From NCBI GenBank assembly GCA_024698925.1, contig JAILQO010000022.1, positions 26,192-90,191 of the forward strand: DNA of 64,000 bases, in the 5' to 3' direction. The notes under the pieces are model-generated. The model searched no databases and was not told the DNA's origin. It saw nothing but the letters and a program-made list of their open reading frames with translations. Every line of letters begins with the position of its first letter. The stretch's first letter is position 1. Below, piece by piece: positions 34,506 through 43,456 of the stretch. Origin of the DNA: Bacteroidaceae bacterium. Lineage in GTDB: Bacteria; Bacteroidota; Bacteroidia; Bacteroidales; Bacteroidaceae. The position numbers and the translations under genes were made by a program.

Positions 34506-36035
34506 ATGAATAGAACGCTCAAGTTTGTGCTGCTGGCTGCCCTGCTGGGGAGCATGATGGCTCACGCGCTGGCACAGAATCCCATCATCTGCGACCGCTA
34601 CACGCCCGACCCTGCACCCTATGTGTACGGCGATACGCTGTACCTCTTCGTGGACCACGACGAGGACGAGACCCTCAACGGATACTTCACCATGAAGGAC
34701 TGGCTGCTGTACAGCACGGTGGATATGGTGAACTGGACCTATCGCGGCACGCCGCTCACCTCAGCCACCTTCAGCAGCTGGGCCAAGCAGGACAACGACT
34801 GCTGGGCAAGCCAGTGCATAGAGCGCAACGGCAAGTGGTACTGGTACGTCACCGCTACCATCAAGGGCGAAGCCTATCCGGGCATCGGCGTGGCTGTGGC
34901 CAACTCGCCGGCAGGACCTTACAAGGACGCTATCCGCAAACCGCTGGTCAAGGGGTGGTTCAAGATTGACCCCTCGGTGTTCATCGACGATGACGGGCAG
35001 GCGTACCTCTTCTATGGCAACAATATGCTGTGGTACGCCAAGCTGACGAAGTCGATGACGGCCATCTCGGGCGGAGAGAAAGAGGTGACGACGAAGAGCG
35101 AGGAGGCTTTCGGACCCTTCAAGGGCTACGACGACAACAACAATCCGAAGACGAACTTCGAGGAGGCTTCGTGGATCTACAAGCGGAATGGTAAGTACTA
35201 TCTGGAGTATGCTGCGGGCGGCGTGCCTGAACACATGGCGTACTCCACAGCCGACAGTATTACAGGCCCGTGGATCTATCAGGGCAAGGTAATGGGGCTG
35301 GCGGACAATAGCTTCACCATTCACGGTGGCAGCGTAGAGTTCCGCGGGCATCATTACATGTTCTACCACAACGGCAAACTCCCCAACGGCGGCAGCTACA
35401 AGCGTTCCACCTGCGTGGAGGAATTCACGCCGAATGAGGACGGCTCAATACCCCAAATTCCTTTCACCCAAGAGGGCGTAGCGCCCCTGCAGCATGTGGA
35501 TCCCTACGTGCGTCAGGAGGCCGAGACCATCAACCAGAGTAAGGGCATTCTCTGCGAAGGGGACTACAATGGCTGCTACGTCACCAATATCAATAGCGGC
35601 GACTACATCAAGGTGCGTGGCGTGGACTTCGGCGACGAAGGCGCTAAATCCATCACCGTACGTGTACGCGGCAACCGTTCTTGCACGATGATCGTGCGTA
35701 TCGGTACGCAGAGCAGCCTGGCACGCGCCCGTATCGCCATTCCTGAGACGGACGGCGAGTGGGTGGATGTCACGTGCGACCTGAGCACAACGCTCACCAA
35801 GGTGCGCGACCTCTTCTTCACGTTCCAGGGCAGCGGTTCGCAGCTCTTGGACTTCGACAGCTGGCAGTTCAGCACCGTACCCACTGGCATCCAGTCACCC
35901 CTCGCCCACGGGAGAGGGGCTAGGGGAGAGTCTTCCTCCTACACGCTCGACGGCCGTCAGACCAAAGCCCTGCACAAGGGCCTGAACATCATTCATGGTG
36001 CAGACGGTCAGGCACGCAAGGTGTTGATCAAGTGA
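34506..36035 (+). CDS. glycoside hydrolase family 43 with a CBM6-like module and short T9SS-like C-terminus
   Basis: NPIICDRYTPDPAPYVYGDTLYLFVDHDE is a typical GH43 start. A CBM6-like segment (GDYIKVRGVDFG) follows. The protein ends SSYTLDGRQTKALHKGLNIIHGADGQARKVLIK. Confidence 0.85.
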   Translation: MNRTLKFVLLAALLGSMMAHALAQNPIICDRYTPDPAPYVYGDTLYLFVDHDEDETLNGYFTMKDWLLYSTVDMVNWTYRGTPLTSATFSSWAKQDNDCWASQCIERNGKWYWYVTATIKGEAYPGIGVAVANSPAGPYKDAIRKPLVKGWFKIDPSVFIDDDGQAYLFYGNNMLWYAKLTKSMTAISGGEKEVTTKSEEAFGPFKGYDDNNNPKTNFEEASWIYKRNGKYYLEYAAGGVPEHMAYSTADSITGPWIYQGKVMGLADNSFTIHGGSVEFRGHHYMFYHNGKLPNGGSYKRSTCVEEFTPNEDGSIPQIPFTQEGVAPLQHVDPYVRQEAETINQSKGILCEGDYNGCYVTNINSGDYIKVRGVDFGDEGAKSITVRVRGNRSCTMIVRIGTQSSLARARIAIPETDGEWVDVTCDLSTTLTKVRDLFFTFQGSGSQLLDFDSWQFSTVPTGIQSPLAHGRGARGESSSYTLDGRQTKALHKGLNIIHGADGQARKVLIK

Positions 36036-36038
36036 TAC

Positions 36039-37658
36039 ATGGAAGCGCTCAGCTACCTTCATCCGCTGGCGTGGGACGGCGAGACGCTGCCCGCACAGTT
36101 CACGTATCCGTTCCGCTACACGCCACATCCCCTGTGCGTGAAAGCGGCTGCTATCGTGCAGGAGCGACTAAAGGAGATGGGAATCGAGGAGGGGAAGATG
36201 TATGGGGTGCTGGTGGCTCGTCAGGAAGAGAAACTGGTCTTCCTGGCAGCCTATTCAGGACAGCTGAATGGTAGCTACGCCCATCCGTGGTTTGTGCCTC
36301 CCGTGGTGGATTATCTGGACCCCAACAGCCACTTCCAGAAGGAGCAGGCGGAGATCGTGAAGATGAGCCAGCGGATAGAGGCGATGCGCAGGAGCGAGGA
36401 AATCCAACAGCTGAAAGAGCGGCTGACAACGCTCCAACAAGAACGTGAAAATCACATCAAGAAGGCTGTTGAGGAGCGAAAATTGCGAATCTCTGAACTT
36501 GTTGATACCCAGTCTTCTGAAGAAATTCGGTTAATGCAATACTTAAAGGCTGAGATACATCGTGCGAAGCAGCTGCACAAGGATGAAATAGCAGCGATTG
36601 AGCATCGACTGGCGGAGCATAACGAAGCCATTCGTACGTGTGTGGAAGAACGCAAACGAAGGAGCGAGGCGCTACAAGAATGGCTCTTCAATGCATTCAG
36701 CATGTTGGACGCAAATGGCAACTCCAAGACCTTGACGGAAATCTGGAACACGAGCGAAACAACACGCTCCTCCTTGGCAAAGAGGGCTCTGATTCCTTCA
36801 GGCGCTGGCGAGTGCTGTGCGCCCAAACTGCTACAGGCGGCCTATCGCTTAGGGCTGCAGCCTCTGGCGATGGCTGAATTCTGGTGGGGACCCTCGACGC
36901 CTGGATTGTACAAGCAGCCTGGCGCTTTCTATCCCGCTTGTCATAGCAAATGCCGTCCCATCCTGGGTCACATGCTGCAAGGGCTGAATGTGGAACCTGA
37001 CCCCGCAGAGCACTATGAGCAGGTCGTGAAGCCGTTGCGTGTGGTGTGGGAAGACGCCTATCTGGCAGTCATCGAGAAACCGAAGGGGTGGTGTAGCATC
37101 CCAGGCAAGAGCGATCAGGCTAACATCTTCGATGAGGCCCTGCGCCGTTGGCCGGAGATAGAGGGCAGCATCGTTGCACACCGCCTGGATCAAGACACAT
37201 CCGGCGTGATGGTGATTGCCAAGACGCCGCGCGTGCATCGCGCCTTGAGTCAGCAATTTGAACGGAGGGAAGTGGAGAAGCGCTATGTGGCCCTATTGAG
37301 CCGCATGCCCGAAGCTGACCAACAGGGAGGGGGCCTGATATCCTTGCCCTTGGCGCCAGACTTAGAGGACATGCCCCGTCAGCGGGTAGATAAGGAGCAC
37401 GGCAAGGAGGCTGTGACACGCTATGAGGTTGTGGGGCGAACGGGCGAGGCGACGCGCGTCTTGTTCTATCCGGAGACGGGGAGAACGCATCAGCTACGCG
37501 TCCATGCTGCAGCACCAGAAGGGTTGAATGCACCGATTGTGGGGGACAGACTCTACGGGCAGGTGGCAGACCGGCTGTACCTGCACGCCGAAGCAATCAC
37601 CTTCACGCATCCCATCACAGGAGAGCGGATGCATTTCGAGGTGAAAGCGCCGTTTTAG
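36039..37658 (+). CDS. RluA-family pseudouridine synthase with a ~330-aa N-terminal extension
   Basis: C-terminal catalytic motif HRLDQDTSGVMVIAK plus THQLRVH. The N-terminal domain carries Cys motifs and a long coiled-coil insert. Confidence 0.85.
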   Translation: MEALSYLHPLAWDGETLPAQFTYPFRYTPHPLCVKAAAIVQERLKEMGIEEGKMYGVLVARQEEKLVFLAAYSGQLNGSYAHPWFVPPVVDYLDPNSHFQKEQAEIVKMSQRIEAMRRSEEIQQLKERLTTLQQERENHIKKAVEERKLRISELVDTQSSEEIRLMQYLKAEIHRAKQLHKDEIAAIEHRLAEHNEAIRTCVEERKRRSEALQEWLFNAFSMLDANGNSKTLTEIWNTSETTRSSLAKRALIPSGAGECCAPKLLQAAYRLGLQPLAMAEFWWGPSTPGLYKQPGAFYPACHSKCRPILGHMLQGLNVEPDPAEHYEQVVKPLRVVWEDAYLAVIEKPKGWCSIPGKSDQANIFDEALRRWPEIEGSIVAHRLDQDTSGVMVIAKTPRVHRALSQQFERREVEKRYVALLSRMPEADQQGGGLISLPLAPDLEDMPRQRVDKEHGKEAVTRYEVVGRTGEATRVLFYPETGRTHQLRVHAAAPEGLNAPIVGDRLYGQVADRLYLHAEAITFTHPITGERMHFEVKAPF

Positions 37659-37659
37659 A

Positions 37660-39456
37660 TTACGTTAATTCCAGTTTGAAATTCTTGCCGAGGGTAATGA
37701 GGGCAGGATTGATGTCGCAGAGGTGACGGAGCTGTGAGCGCTTGTCGAACGGCTTCAGCGTCTCCTGTTGCTTCTCGGCAACGGTGAAGGAGAGGGTGAA
37801 GGTAGAACGATGAAGCTGTGCGCGAACAAAGGCGATGATGCGCGAGGTGAGCTGTGACATCATATTGGCAATCTCCTCGTTCTCCACCACGACTTCCACG
37901 CGAGCCTTGGCGGCATCCTTGATGACAGGCTGCATGATTTTCATGCGCTGCGCCAAGGCGGTTTCCTCGATGGGCATCGTGTTGATGAAGGAGTGCCACT
38001 GGACAATGAGATCCTCCATCAGGAGTTCTTTGTCCTGCTTGGGTGTCGTGTCAACAGCCGCCTCGGCATTCGCGACGGGCACCTCTTGCTTGGCAGGCTT
38101 CGCCTCGGCAGGCCTGCTATGGATGGTGGGTCCCAGCTGGCCCAGCTTGAGCGTCGGACGCTTGGGGGTGCTGTCGAGTTTGGGGAGTGGGGAAGCGCCT
38201 CCTCCCGCTTTGGCGATGGGGGCGGGAGCAGGTTCTGGTGTTTTCTTGGAAGCTTGTCGCGTGGCATGGGCCGCAGGAGCGGCAGTCTCCTTAGCAGCTG
38301 CTGCCAGGAGACTGAAAATGGGTTTTAAATGTCGTGCAGGGCGGCGCCCCGCACTGGCATCGTCATCGGTAGCCTGTGCACACTCGATGAGCGTGAGCTC
38401 AACCTGCAGGCGCTTGTTGCGGCTGGTGCGATAAGCCTGATCGCAGTCGTTGCAGAGGCGGATGGCGCGATAGAGCCACTGTGCCTTGCAGCGCTGAGCC
38501 TGCTCCACATAGCGCTGGCGGATATCGTCGCTCACCTCAAGGAGCGATGCGGTCTGCGGATCGTGGCAGACAAGAACATCGCGCAGGTGGCTGGCTAAGC
38601 CGCTGATGAACGGACCGCCCTCGAAACCTTTGCCGAGAATCTCGTTGTAGAGCAACAGACTCTCGCTAATCTTCTTCTCCAGCATGAAATCCACCAGGCG
38701 GAAGTAGTAGTCGTAGTCGAGGACGTTGAGATTCTCGATGACGCGCTGGTAGGTGATGTCGCCGCCTGTGTAACTGACAACCTGGTCGAAGATGCTGAGG
38801 GCGTCACGCATACCGCCGTCGGCCTTCTGCGCAATCACGTTAAGGGCGGCAGGCTCGTAGGTATAGCCTTCCTTCTCAGCTACATAGGCGAGGTGCTTGA
38901 TCATATTCTCCACGCTCATACGCTGGAAATCGTAAATCTGACAGCGGCTGAGGATAGTGGGGAGTATCTTGTGCTTCTCCGTGGTGGCGAGGATGAAGAT
39001 AGCGTGGGCGGGTGGCTCCTCAAGCGTCTTGAGGAACGCGTTGAAGGCAGCCGTAGAGAGCATGTGAACCTCGTCGATGATGAAGACCTTGTACTTGCCG
39101 ATCTGGGGCGGGATGCGTACCTGGTCGATGAGGTTGCGGATGTCATCTACGGAGTTGTTGGAGGCTGCATCCAACTCGTGGATATTCAATGAACGTTGTT
39201 CGTTGAAAGCCTGGCAGGACTCACATTCGTTGCAGGCCTCGCCGTCGGCTTGCGGGTTGAGGCAGTTAATGGTTTTGGCAAAAATGCGGGCGCAGGTGGT
39301 CTTGCCGACACCACGGGGGCCGCAGAACAGGTAGGCATGCGCCAACTTGTTAGCCTTGATGGCATTCTTCAGCGTGGTGGCAATGGCACCCTGACCTACG
39401 ACAGAGTCGAAAGTCATCGGGCGATACTTGCGTGCTGAAACGATGTATTCGGACAT
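37660..39456 (-). CDS. dnaX: DNA polymerase III subunit gamma/tau
   Basis: YRPMTFDSVVGQ, GPRGVGKTT, zinc module CNECESC, and an Ala/Pro-rich linker. Start placed at MSEYIV (39456), downstream of the promoter box. Confidence 0.9.
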   Translation of the reverse strand: MSEYIVSARKYRPMTFDSVVGQGAIATTLKNAIKANKLAHAYLFCGPRGVGKTTCARIFAKTINCLNPQADGEACNECESCQAFNEQRSLNIHELDAASNNSVDDIRNLIDQVRIPPQIGKYKVFIIDEVHMLSTAAFNAFLKTLEEPPAHAIFILATTEKHKILPTILSRCQIYDFQRMSVENMIKHLAYVAEKEGYTYEPAALNVIAQKADGGMRDALSIFDQVVSYTGGDITYQRVIENLNVLDYDYYFRLVDFMLEKKISESLLLYNEILGKGFEGGPFISGLASHLRDVLVCHDPQTASLLEVSDDIRQRYVEQAQRCKAQWLYRAIRLCNDCDQAYRTSRNKRLQVELTLIECAQATDDDASAGRRPARHLKPIFSLLAAAAKETAAPAAHATRQASKKTPEPAPAPIAKAGGGASPLPKLDSTPKRPTLKLGQLGPTIHSRPAEAKPAKQEVPVANAEAAVDTTPKQDKELLMEDLIVQWHSFINTMPIEETALAQRMKIMQPVIKDAAKARVEVVVENEEIANMMSQLTSRIIAFVRAQLHRSTFTLSFTVAEKQQETLKPFDKRSQLRHLCDINPALITLGKNFKLELT

Positions 39457-39476
39457 ATTTTTCTGAGTTTTGCGTG

Positions 39477-39484
39477 CAAAAATA
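39477..39484 (-). promoter_or_regulatory. Bacteroidota -7 promoter box
   Basis: Plus-strand CAAAAATA equals minus-strand TATTTTTG, 21 nt upstream of the ATG at 39456. Confidence 0.55.
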
Positions 39485-39604
39485 CATAAAAAGATTGAAA
39501 AAACGGTGGTTGCAACAAAAAAACTTTCAACTTTCAACGCTAAACTCTAAACTTTTCTGTACCTTCGCGGCATCAAACAAGGAAAATAAGGAAAAAGAAA
39601 AGTT

Positions 39605-39919
39605 ATGGGACGATTCATCACGTGCTGGAACTACATCCGTCGCTACAAGTATCTTGCTGCGATTCTGGTGTTCCTGCTCATCATCGGCTTTCTCGATGAG
39701 AACAGCCTTTACACACGCTACCAGCGTAACGTGGAAATTGGTACGCTGAGAAGCGAAATCGACAAATATCAGGCTCAATATGAGGCTGAAACGGCACAAC
39801 TGGAAGCCTTGCAGAACAGTCCAGTGGCTGTGGAGAAGATGGCGCGAGAGCGTTATCTCATGAAACGTCCGGATGAAGATATCTTTGTTTTCATGACGGA
39901 TTCCACGCAGAGCCGTTAA
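39605..39919 (+). CDS. septum formation initiator family protein (FtsB/DivIC-like)
   Basis: 104 aa: an N-terminal TM helix, then a coiled coil (RSEIDKYQAQYEAETAQLEALQN) and MARERYLMKRPDEDIF. Confidence 0.7.
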   Translation: MGRFITCWNYIRRYKYLAAILVFLLIIGFLDENSLYTRYQRNVEIGTLRSEIDKYQAQYEAETAQLEALQNSPVAVEKMARERYLMKRPDEDIFVFMTDSTQSR

Positions 39920-39940
39920 CGCCTCGGAAGAACAATCGTA

Positions 39941-40309
39941 ATGAAAGAACTCGATCAAAGACTCATCCTGCTCCAGCAGCTTGGTGCGCTTCTCATGTTG
40001 GGAGGTGCGGCCGTGTTCCTGCTGATGCCTGTATGGGCTGCCATTCTCTATAGCGCCGGGGTGTTGCTGTATGCTCCCCTGCGCATGCTGCAACGCTATG
40101 AGGGACAGAATTTTGTCATCCGTCGCCTGCGCCGACAGCAGCTGTTGGGACAATTGGCGTTCCTGTGTGCTGCGTGCTGTATGATCATGCAAGCCTTCAA
40201 TTTCGGTTTCTCACGCCGCAACGAATGGGTCGTGTGTCTGGTCATCGGTTGCATCTTAGAACTTTATACGACTTTCCGCATCCCTGCGGAGCTAAAGAAA
40301 GAAAAGTGA
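39941..40309 (+). CDS. small membrane protein, hypothetical
   Basis: 122 aa with about 4 hydrophobic helices, located between the ftsB-like gene and plsC. Confidence 0.5.
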   Translation: MKELDQRLILLQQLGALLMLGGAAVFLLMPVWAAILYSAGVLLYAPLRMLQRYEGQNFVIRRLRRQQLLGQLAFLCAACCMIMQAFNFGFSRRNEWVVCLVIGCILELYTTFRIPAELKKEK

Positions 40310-41088
40310 TACTCCTCAGAATCCTATATCTGATCTATCAGGTCTGCATCGCAGCACCTATCCTTTTGGTCATTACCTTGTTAGTGGCTTTCGCCACCAC
40401 CTTCGGCTGTACATTCCTCAACGCTTCGTGGTGGAGTTACTATCCTGGAAAGTTCTGGTCGATAGCCATGATTCGTGTCCTTCTGCTGCCTGTGCATGTG
40501 GAAGGACGTGAGAATCTGAAACCTGGACAGAGCTACGTCATCATCCCCAACCATCAGGGCAGCTTCGACATCTTCCTGATTTACGGCTTCCTCGGACGGC
40601 ATTTCAAGTGGATGCTGAAGGAGGAACTGCGCCACATGCCGCTAATCGGGAAGTCGTGCGAATCAGCTGGCTTCATCTTCGTGGATCAGAAAGGAGGGCC
40701 CAAGAAGACGGCGATTATGCTGCTTCGCGCCAGAGAGATTCTGAAAGAAGGCGTTTCTGTGGTGGTGTTCCCTGAGGGAGCCCGCACGTGGGACGGACGA
40801 CTGCGTAAGTTCAAGCGTGGACCCTTCCAGTTGGCAGACCAGTTGCATCTGCCGCTGCTGCCTGTGACCATCAATGGATCCTTCGAGGTATTGCCACGCA
40901 CCAAGGGCTACGTCAATTTCGTGAAGTGGCACCCATTGCGCCTCACCATTCATCCGGCGATTGTGCCTGAAGGAAAAGGACCCGAGGCGGAGCGTGCGAC
41001 GATGGAGCAGGCGCATGAAATCATCGGAAGCGCGCTGAAGACCATACCGAATCCTCCGAAGGAGGGAACCTTTAACCCAGAAGACTAA
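40306..41088 (+). CDS. plsC: 1-acyl-sn-glycerol-3-phosphate acyltransferase
   Basis: NHQGSFD (HX4D) and FPEGART motifs. I infer a GTG start at 40306, overlapping the previous stop as GTGA. Confidence 0.8.
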   Translation: MILLRILYLIYQVCIAAPILLVITLLVAFATTFGCTFLNASWWSYYPGKFWSIAMIRVLLLPVHVEGRENLKPGQSYVIIPNHQGSFDIFLIYGFLGRHFKWMLKEELRHMPLIGKSCESAGFIFVDQKGGPKKTAIMLLRAREILKEGVSVVVFPEGARTWDGRLRKFKRGPFQLADQLHLPLLPVTINGSFEVLPRTKGYVNFVKWHPLRLTIHPAIVPEGKGPEAERATMEQAHEIIGSALKTIPNPPKEGTFNPED

Positions 41089-41092
41089 GTAT

Positions 41093-41797
41093 ATGATGAA
41101 ACGTCTATTATATCTCGTAAGTGCCGTACTGTTGGGGCTCACCAGCTGCCAGCAGAAAATGGATATCCAAGGTAAATCTTCGATTCCTGAACTGGAAGGA
41201 AGGATGCTGTTCCTGCGTGTTTATGCTGACGGCGACCTGCAGACGCTGGACTCCGCAGAGATTATTCACGGCAAGTTCCACTTCGAGGGTCCTGTCAAAG
41301 ATACCACACAGATGGCTTTCCTGTTTATGGGCAACGAGAGCCTTATGCCGCTCGTGCTGAACGGTGCTACGCCCCTTGAGATTTCCATAAGCGAGAATGA
41401 GCGAAAGGTGACGGGCACGGCACTGAACGATACACTGTATGCCTTCATCCGCCGCAAATCTGTTATTGACCGTGCTTTAGCTGAGATTCCGCGCCGCGAG
41501 AGCCAGATGATTTTCGAGGGCTATGATCATGATGAGATTGTGATGCAGCTGAGTCAGGAGGCTGGCATCCAGCAGGCCAAGGAGGACGAGATGATTACAC
41601 GCTTCATCAAGGACAATATGGACAATGTGCTGGCACCTGGTGTCTTCATGATTGTCACTTCCAACTTCCCTTATCCGATGCTCAATCCCCAGATAGAGGA
41701 ACTGGTCACACTCGGTTCTCCAACTTTCCTCAACGACGCCTATGTGCAGGAGTTCCTGCGGATGGCGCGTGAAAATATGGAGAAGATGAACGAATAA
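41093..41797 (+). CDS. lipoprotein, DUF4369-like
   Basis: Lipobox LTSC; the N-terminal beta-rich segment resembles DUF4369. There is no CxxC motif. Confidence 0.45.
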   Translation: MMKRLLYLVSAVLLGLTSCQQKMDIQGKSSIPELEGRMLFLRVYADGDLQTLDSAEIIHGKFHFEGPVKDTTQMAFLFMGNESLMPLVLNGATPLEISISENERKVTGTALNDTLYAFIRRKSVIDRALAEIPRRESQMIFEGYDHDEIVMQLSQEAGIQQAKEDEMITRFIKDNMDNVLAPGVFMIVTSNFPYPMLNPQIEELVTLGSPTFLNDAYVQEFLRMARENMEKMNE

Positions 41798-41815
41798 AAA
41801 CGAGAACAACAACGA

Positions 41816-43453
41816 ATGATGAAGAACTTGCTGACCTCCCTATTGCTGATGCTGACGCTCAATGCTTCGGCGGAGGTAGGCTTGTTCGATAACACGTTTT
41901 GCCCTCCGGCGGATAGCCTGAAGGTGAAGTTCAATAATAAACCGCTGAACGATGTGTCGTGGTCGGGTATCCCCATGTTCTTGGCAGGTATGATTATCAA
42001 AGGCGAGAAGGAGACGTTCCGACAGAATTATGACAACGCTCACGTGCAAGCACGCCTGGTCTCGAGTTTCAAAACCGAAGTGGATGACTATCTCCAATAT
42101 TTTGGTCCGGCAATGACATTGGGCCTGAAGTTGAGCGGCATGGAGGGACGTTCGGACTGGTTGCGTCTCCTGACTTCGGCCGCTGCAACCTACGCGATAG
42201 AAGCATCGGTGGTCAATTCCATTAAATATACCACCAGCGAATTGCGTCCTGATGGATCCACACGCAACTCGTGGCCTTCGGGACATACGGCGACAGCCTT
42301 TGCCGGGGCCACGATTCTGCATAAAGAATATGGATTGACGCGTTCTCCGTGGTTCTCAGTATTAGGCTATGGCGTCGCAACTTCGACGGCGGTGATGCGT
42401 GTGCTGAATAATCGGCACTGGGTGAGCGATGTCTTCTCAGGAGCCGGCGTTGGTATTATGGCTGGCGAGCTGGGCTACTTCATTGGCGACGTCATCTTCA
42501 AGGAGAAAGGCCTGCTCAGAAACGATATGGCTGATTTCACCGATTTGCAGCAACGCCCCTCATTCTTCGGGCTGTCAATGGGCATCGGTTTGGGATCGCA
42601 TCATCTGGATTTCGAGAATGCCATCTCGATGCCGGATCAGGTGAGTGATATCAAGCTGAAGTTCCAAATGGCGACGGTGGTGGGTGCTGAAGGCGCTTAT
42701 TTCCTGACGAAACACGTAGGTGTTGGTGGACGGTTGCGTGTCAGTACGATGCCCATCAAGGGGTGGAACGACTTCATGGACGTCAGCTATGCGACGAAGA
42801 AGGACGAATTGCATCAGCTGCTGAATCACGACAATACGCTGACAACGGCGCAGGTGGAAACAATGACGCAGAACCTGATTACGGATAAGCAATACGATGT
42901 CGTAAGCGGCCATCTGGCAGAGTTCTCAATCGACGGTGGCCTCTACTTCCATTTTCCGCTGTCCAAACGATGGGCCGTCGGTACAAAAGCGTTGTTGGGT
43001 AGTAGTGTGATGCAGGCTCTGGATATCAGCGCTCACTACACAGGACATCAAAAGACCCTCTTGTACGACCTTACCATCACGAATAACACTTTCAGCAACC
43101 TGACGGTTCATAGCTTCGACGATAGGGTAGGCGCTGATATGCAGCCGCAGACGTATGATGCGGAGTGGGATTTCTTCACGCTCTCAGGCAGTCGTTCGAT
43201 GAAGTATGGAACGGGTTTGTCGGTGACATACTCCCACAAAGGTAATTTCACCTGGCGCGCCTTTGTCGATTACGATTATACGAACAAGACCTTCACGTTG
43301 ACGTATGACCCTTATGCTTTCATACGTAGTGCATCGCCAGAAGTCTATGGACTGGCGACACTGATGAACCGCGACCTGAGTCCGAAGGCCTATACGCTTG
43401 ACCGTGACTTACACCGCTGGGTCTTGGGCGGTGCTTTCAATATCGCTTTCTGA
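41816..43453 (+). CDS. PAP2-family phosphatase fused to a C-terminal beta-rich domain
   Basis: PAP2 motifs KYTTSELRP (KX6RP), PSGH and RVLNNRHWVSD (RX5HX3D). The last ~300 aa have alternating-hydrophobic beta character and end in ...GGAFNIAF. Confidence 0.75.
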   Translation: MMKNLLTSLLLMLTLNASAEVGLFDNTFCPPADSLKVKFNNKPLNDVSWSGIPMFLAGMIIKGEKETFRQNYDNAHVQARLVSSFKTEVDDYLQYFGPAMTLGLKLSGMEGRSDWLRLLTSAAATYAIEASVVNSIKYTTSELRPDGSTRNSWPSGHTATAFAGATILHKEYGLTRSPWFSVLGYGVATSTAVMRVLNNRHWVSDVFSGAGVGIMAGELGYFIGDVIFKEKGLLRNDMADFTDLQQRPSFFGLSMGIGLGSHHLDFENAISMPDQVSDIKLKFQMATVVGAEGAYFLTKHVGVGGRLRVSTMPIKGWNDFMDVSYATKKDELHQLLNHDNTLTTAQVETMTQNLITDKQYDVVSGHLAEFSIDGGLYFHFPLSKRWAVGTKALLGSSVMQALDISAHYTGHQKTLLYDLTITNNTFSNLTVHSFDDRVGADMQPQTYDAEWDFFTLSGSRSMKYGTGLSVTYSHKGNFTWRAFVDYDYTNKTFTLTYDPYAFIRSASPEVYGLATLMNRDLSPKAYTLDRDLHRWVLGGAFNIAF

Positions 43454-43456
43454 TTT

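Noticed and set aside
37835-38598. Several 60-200-aa ORFs in other frames within the dnaX linker region.
   Set aside because: The GC-rich Ala/Pro-linker coding sequence keeps alternative frames open. Their products are low-complexity, and dnaX is continuous through the region.
37660-39456. A possible programmed -1 frameshift site in dnaX, as in E. coli.
   Set aside because: I found no A-AAA-AAG-type slippery heptamer (plus-strand CTTTTTT) within the gene.
39560-39567. TACCTTCG upstream of the ftsB-like gene as a promoter box.
   Set aside because: It breaks the invariant TTTG core (TTCG). It may be a weak promoter, but I did not list it as a feature.
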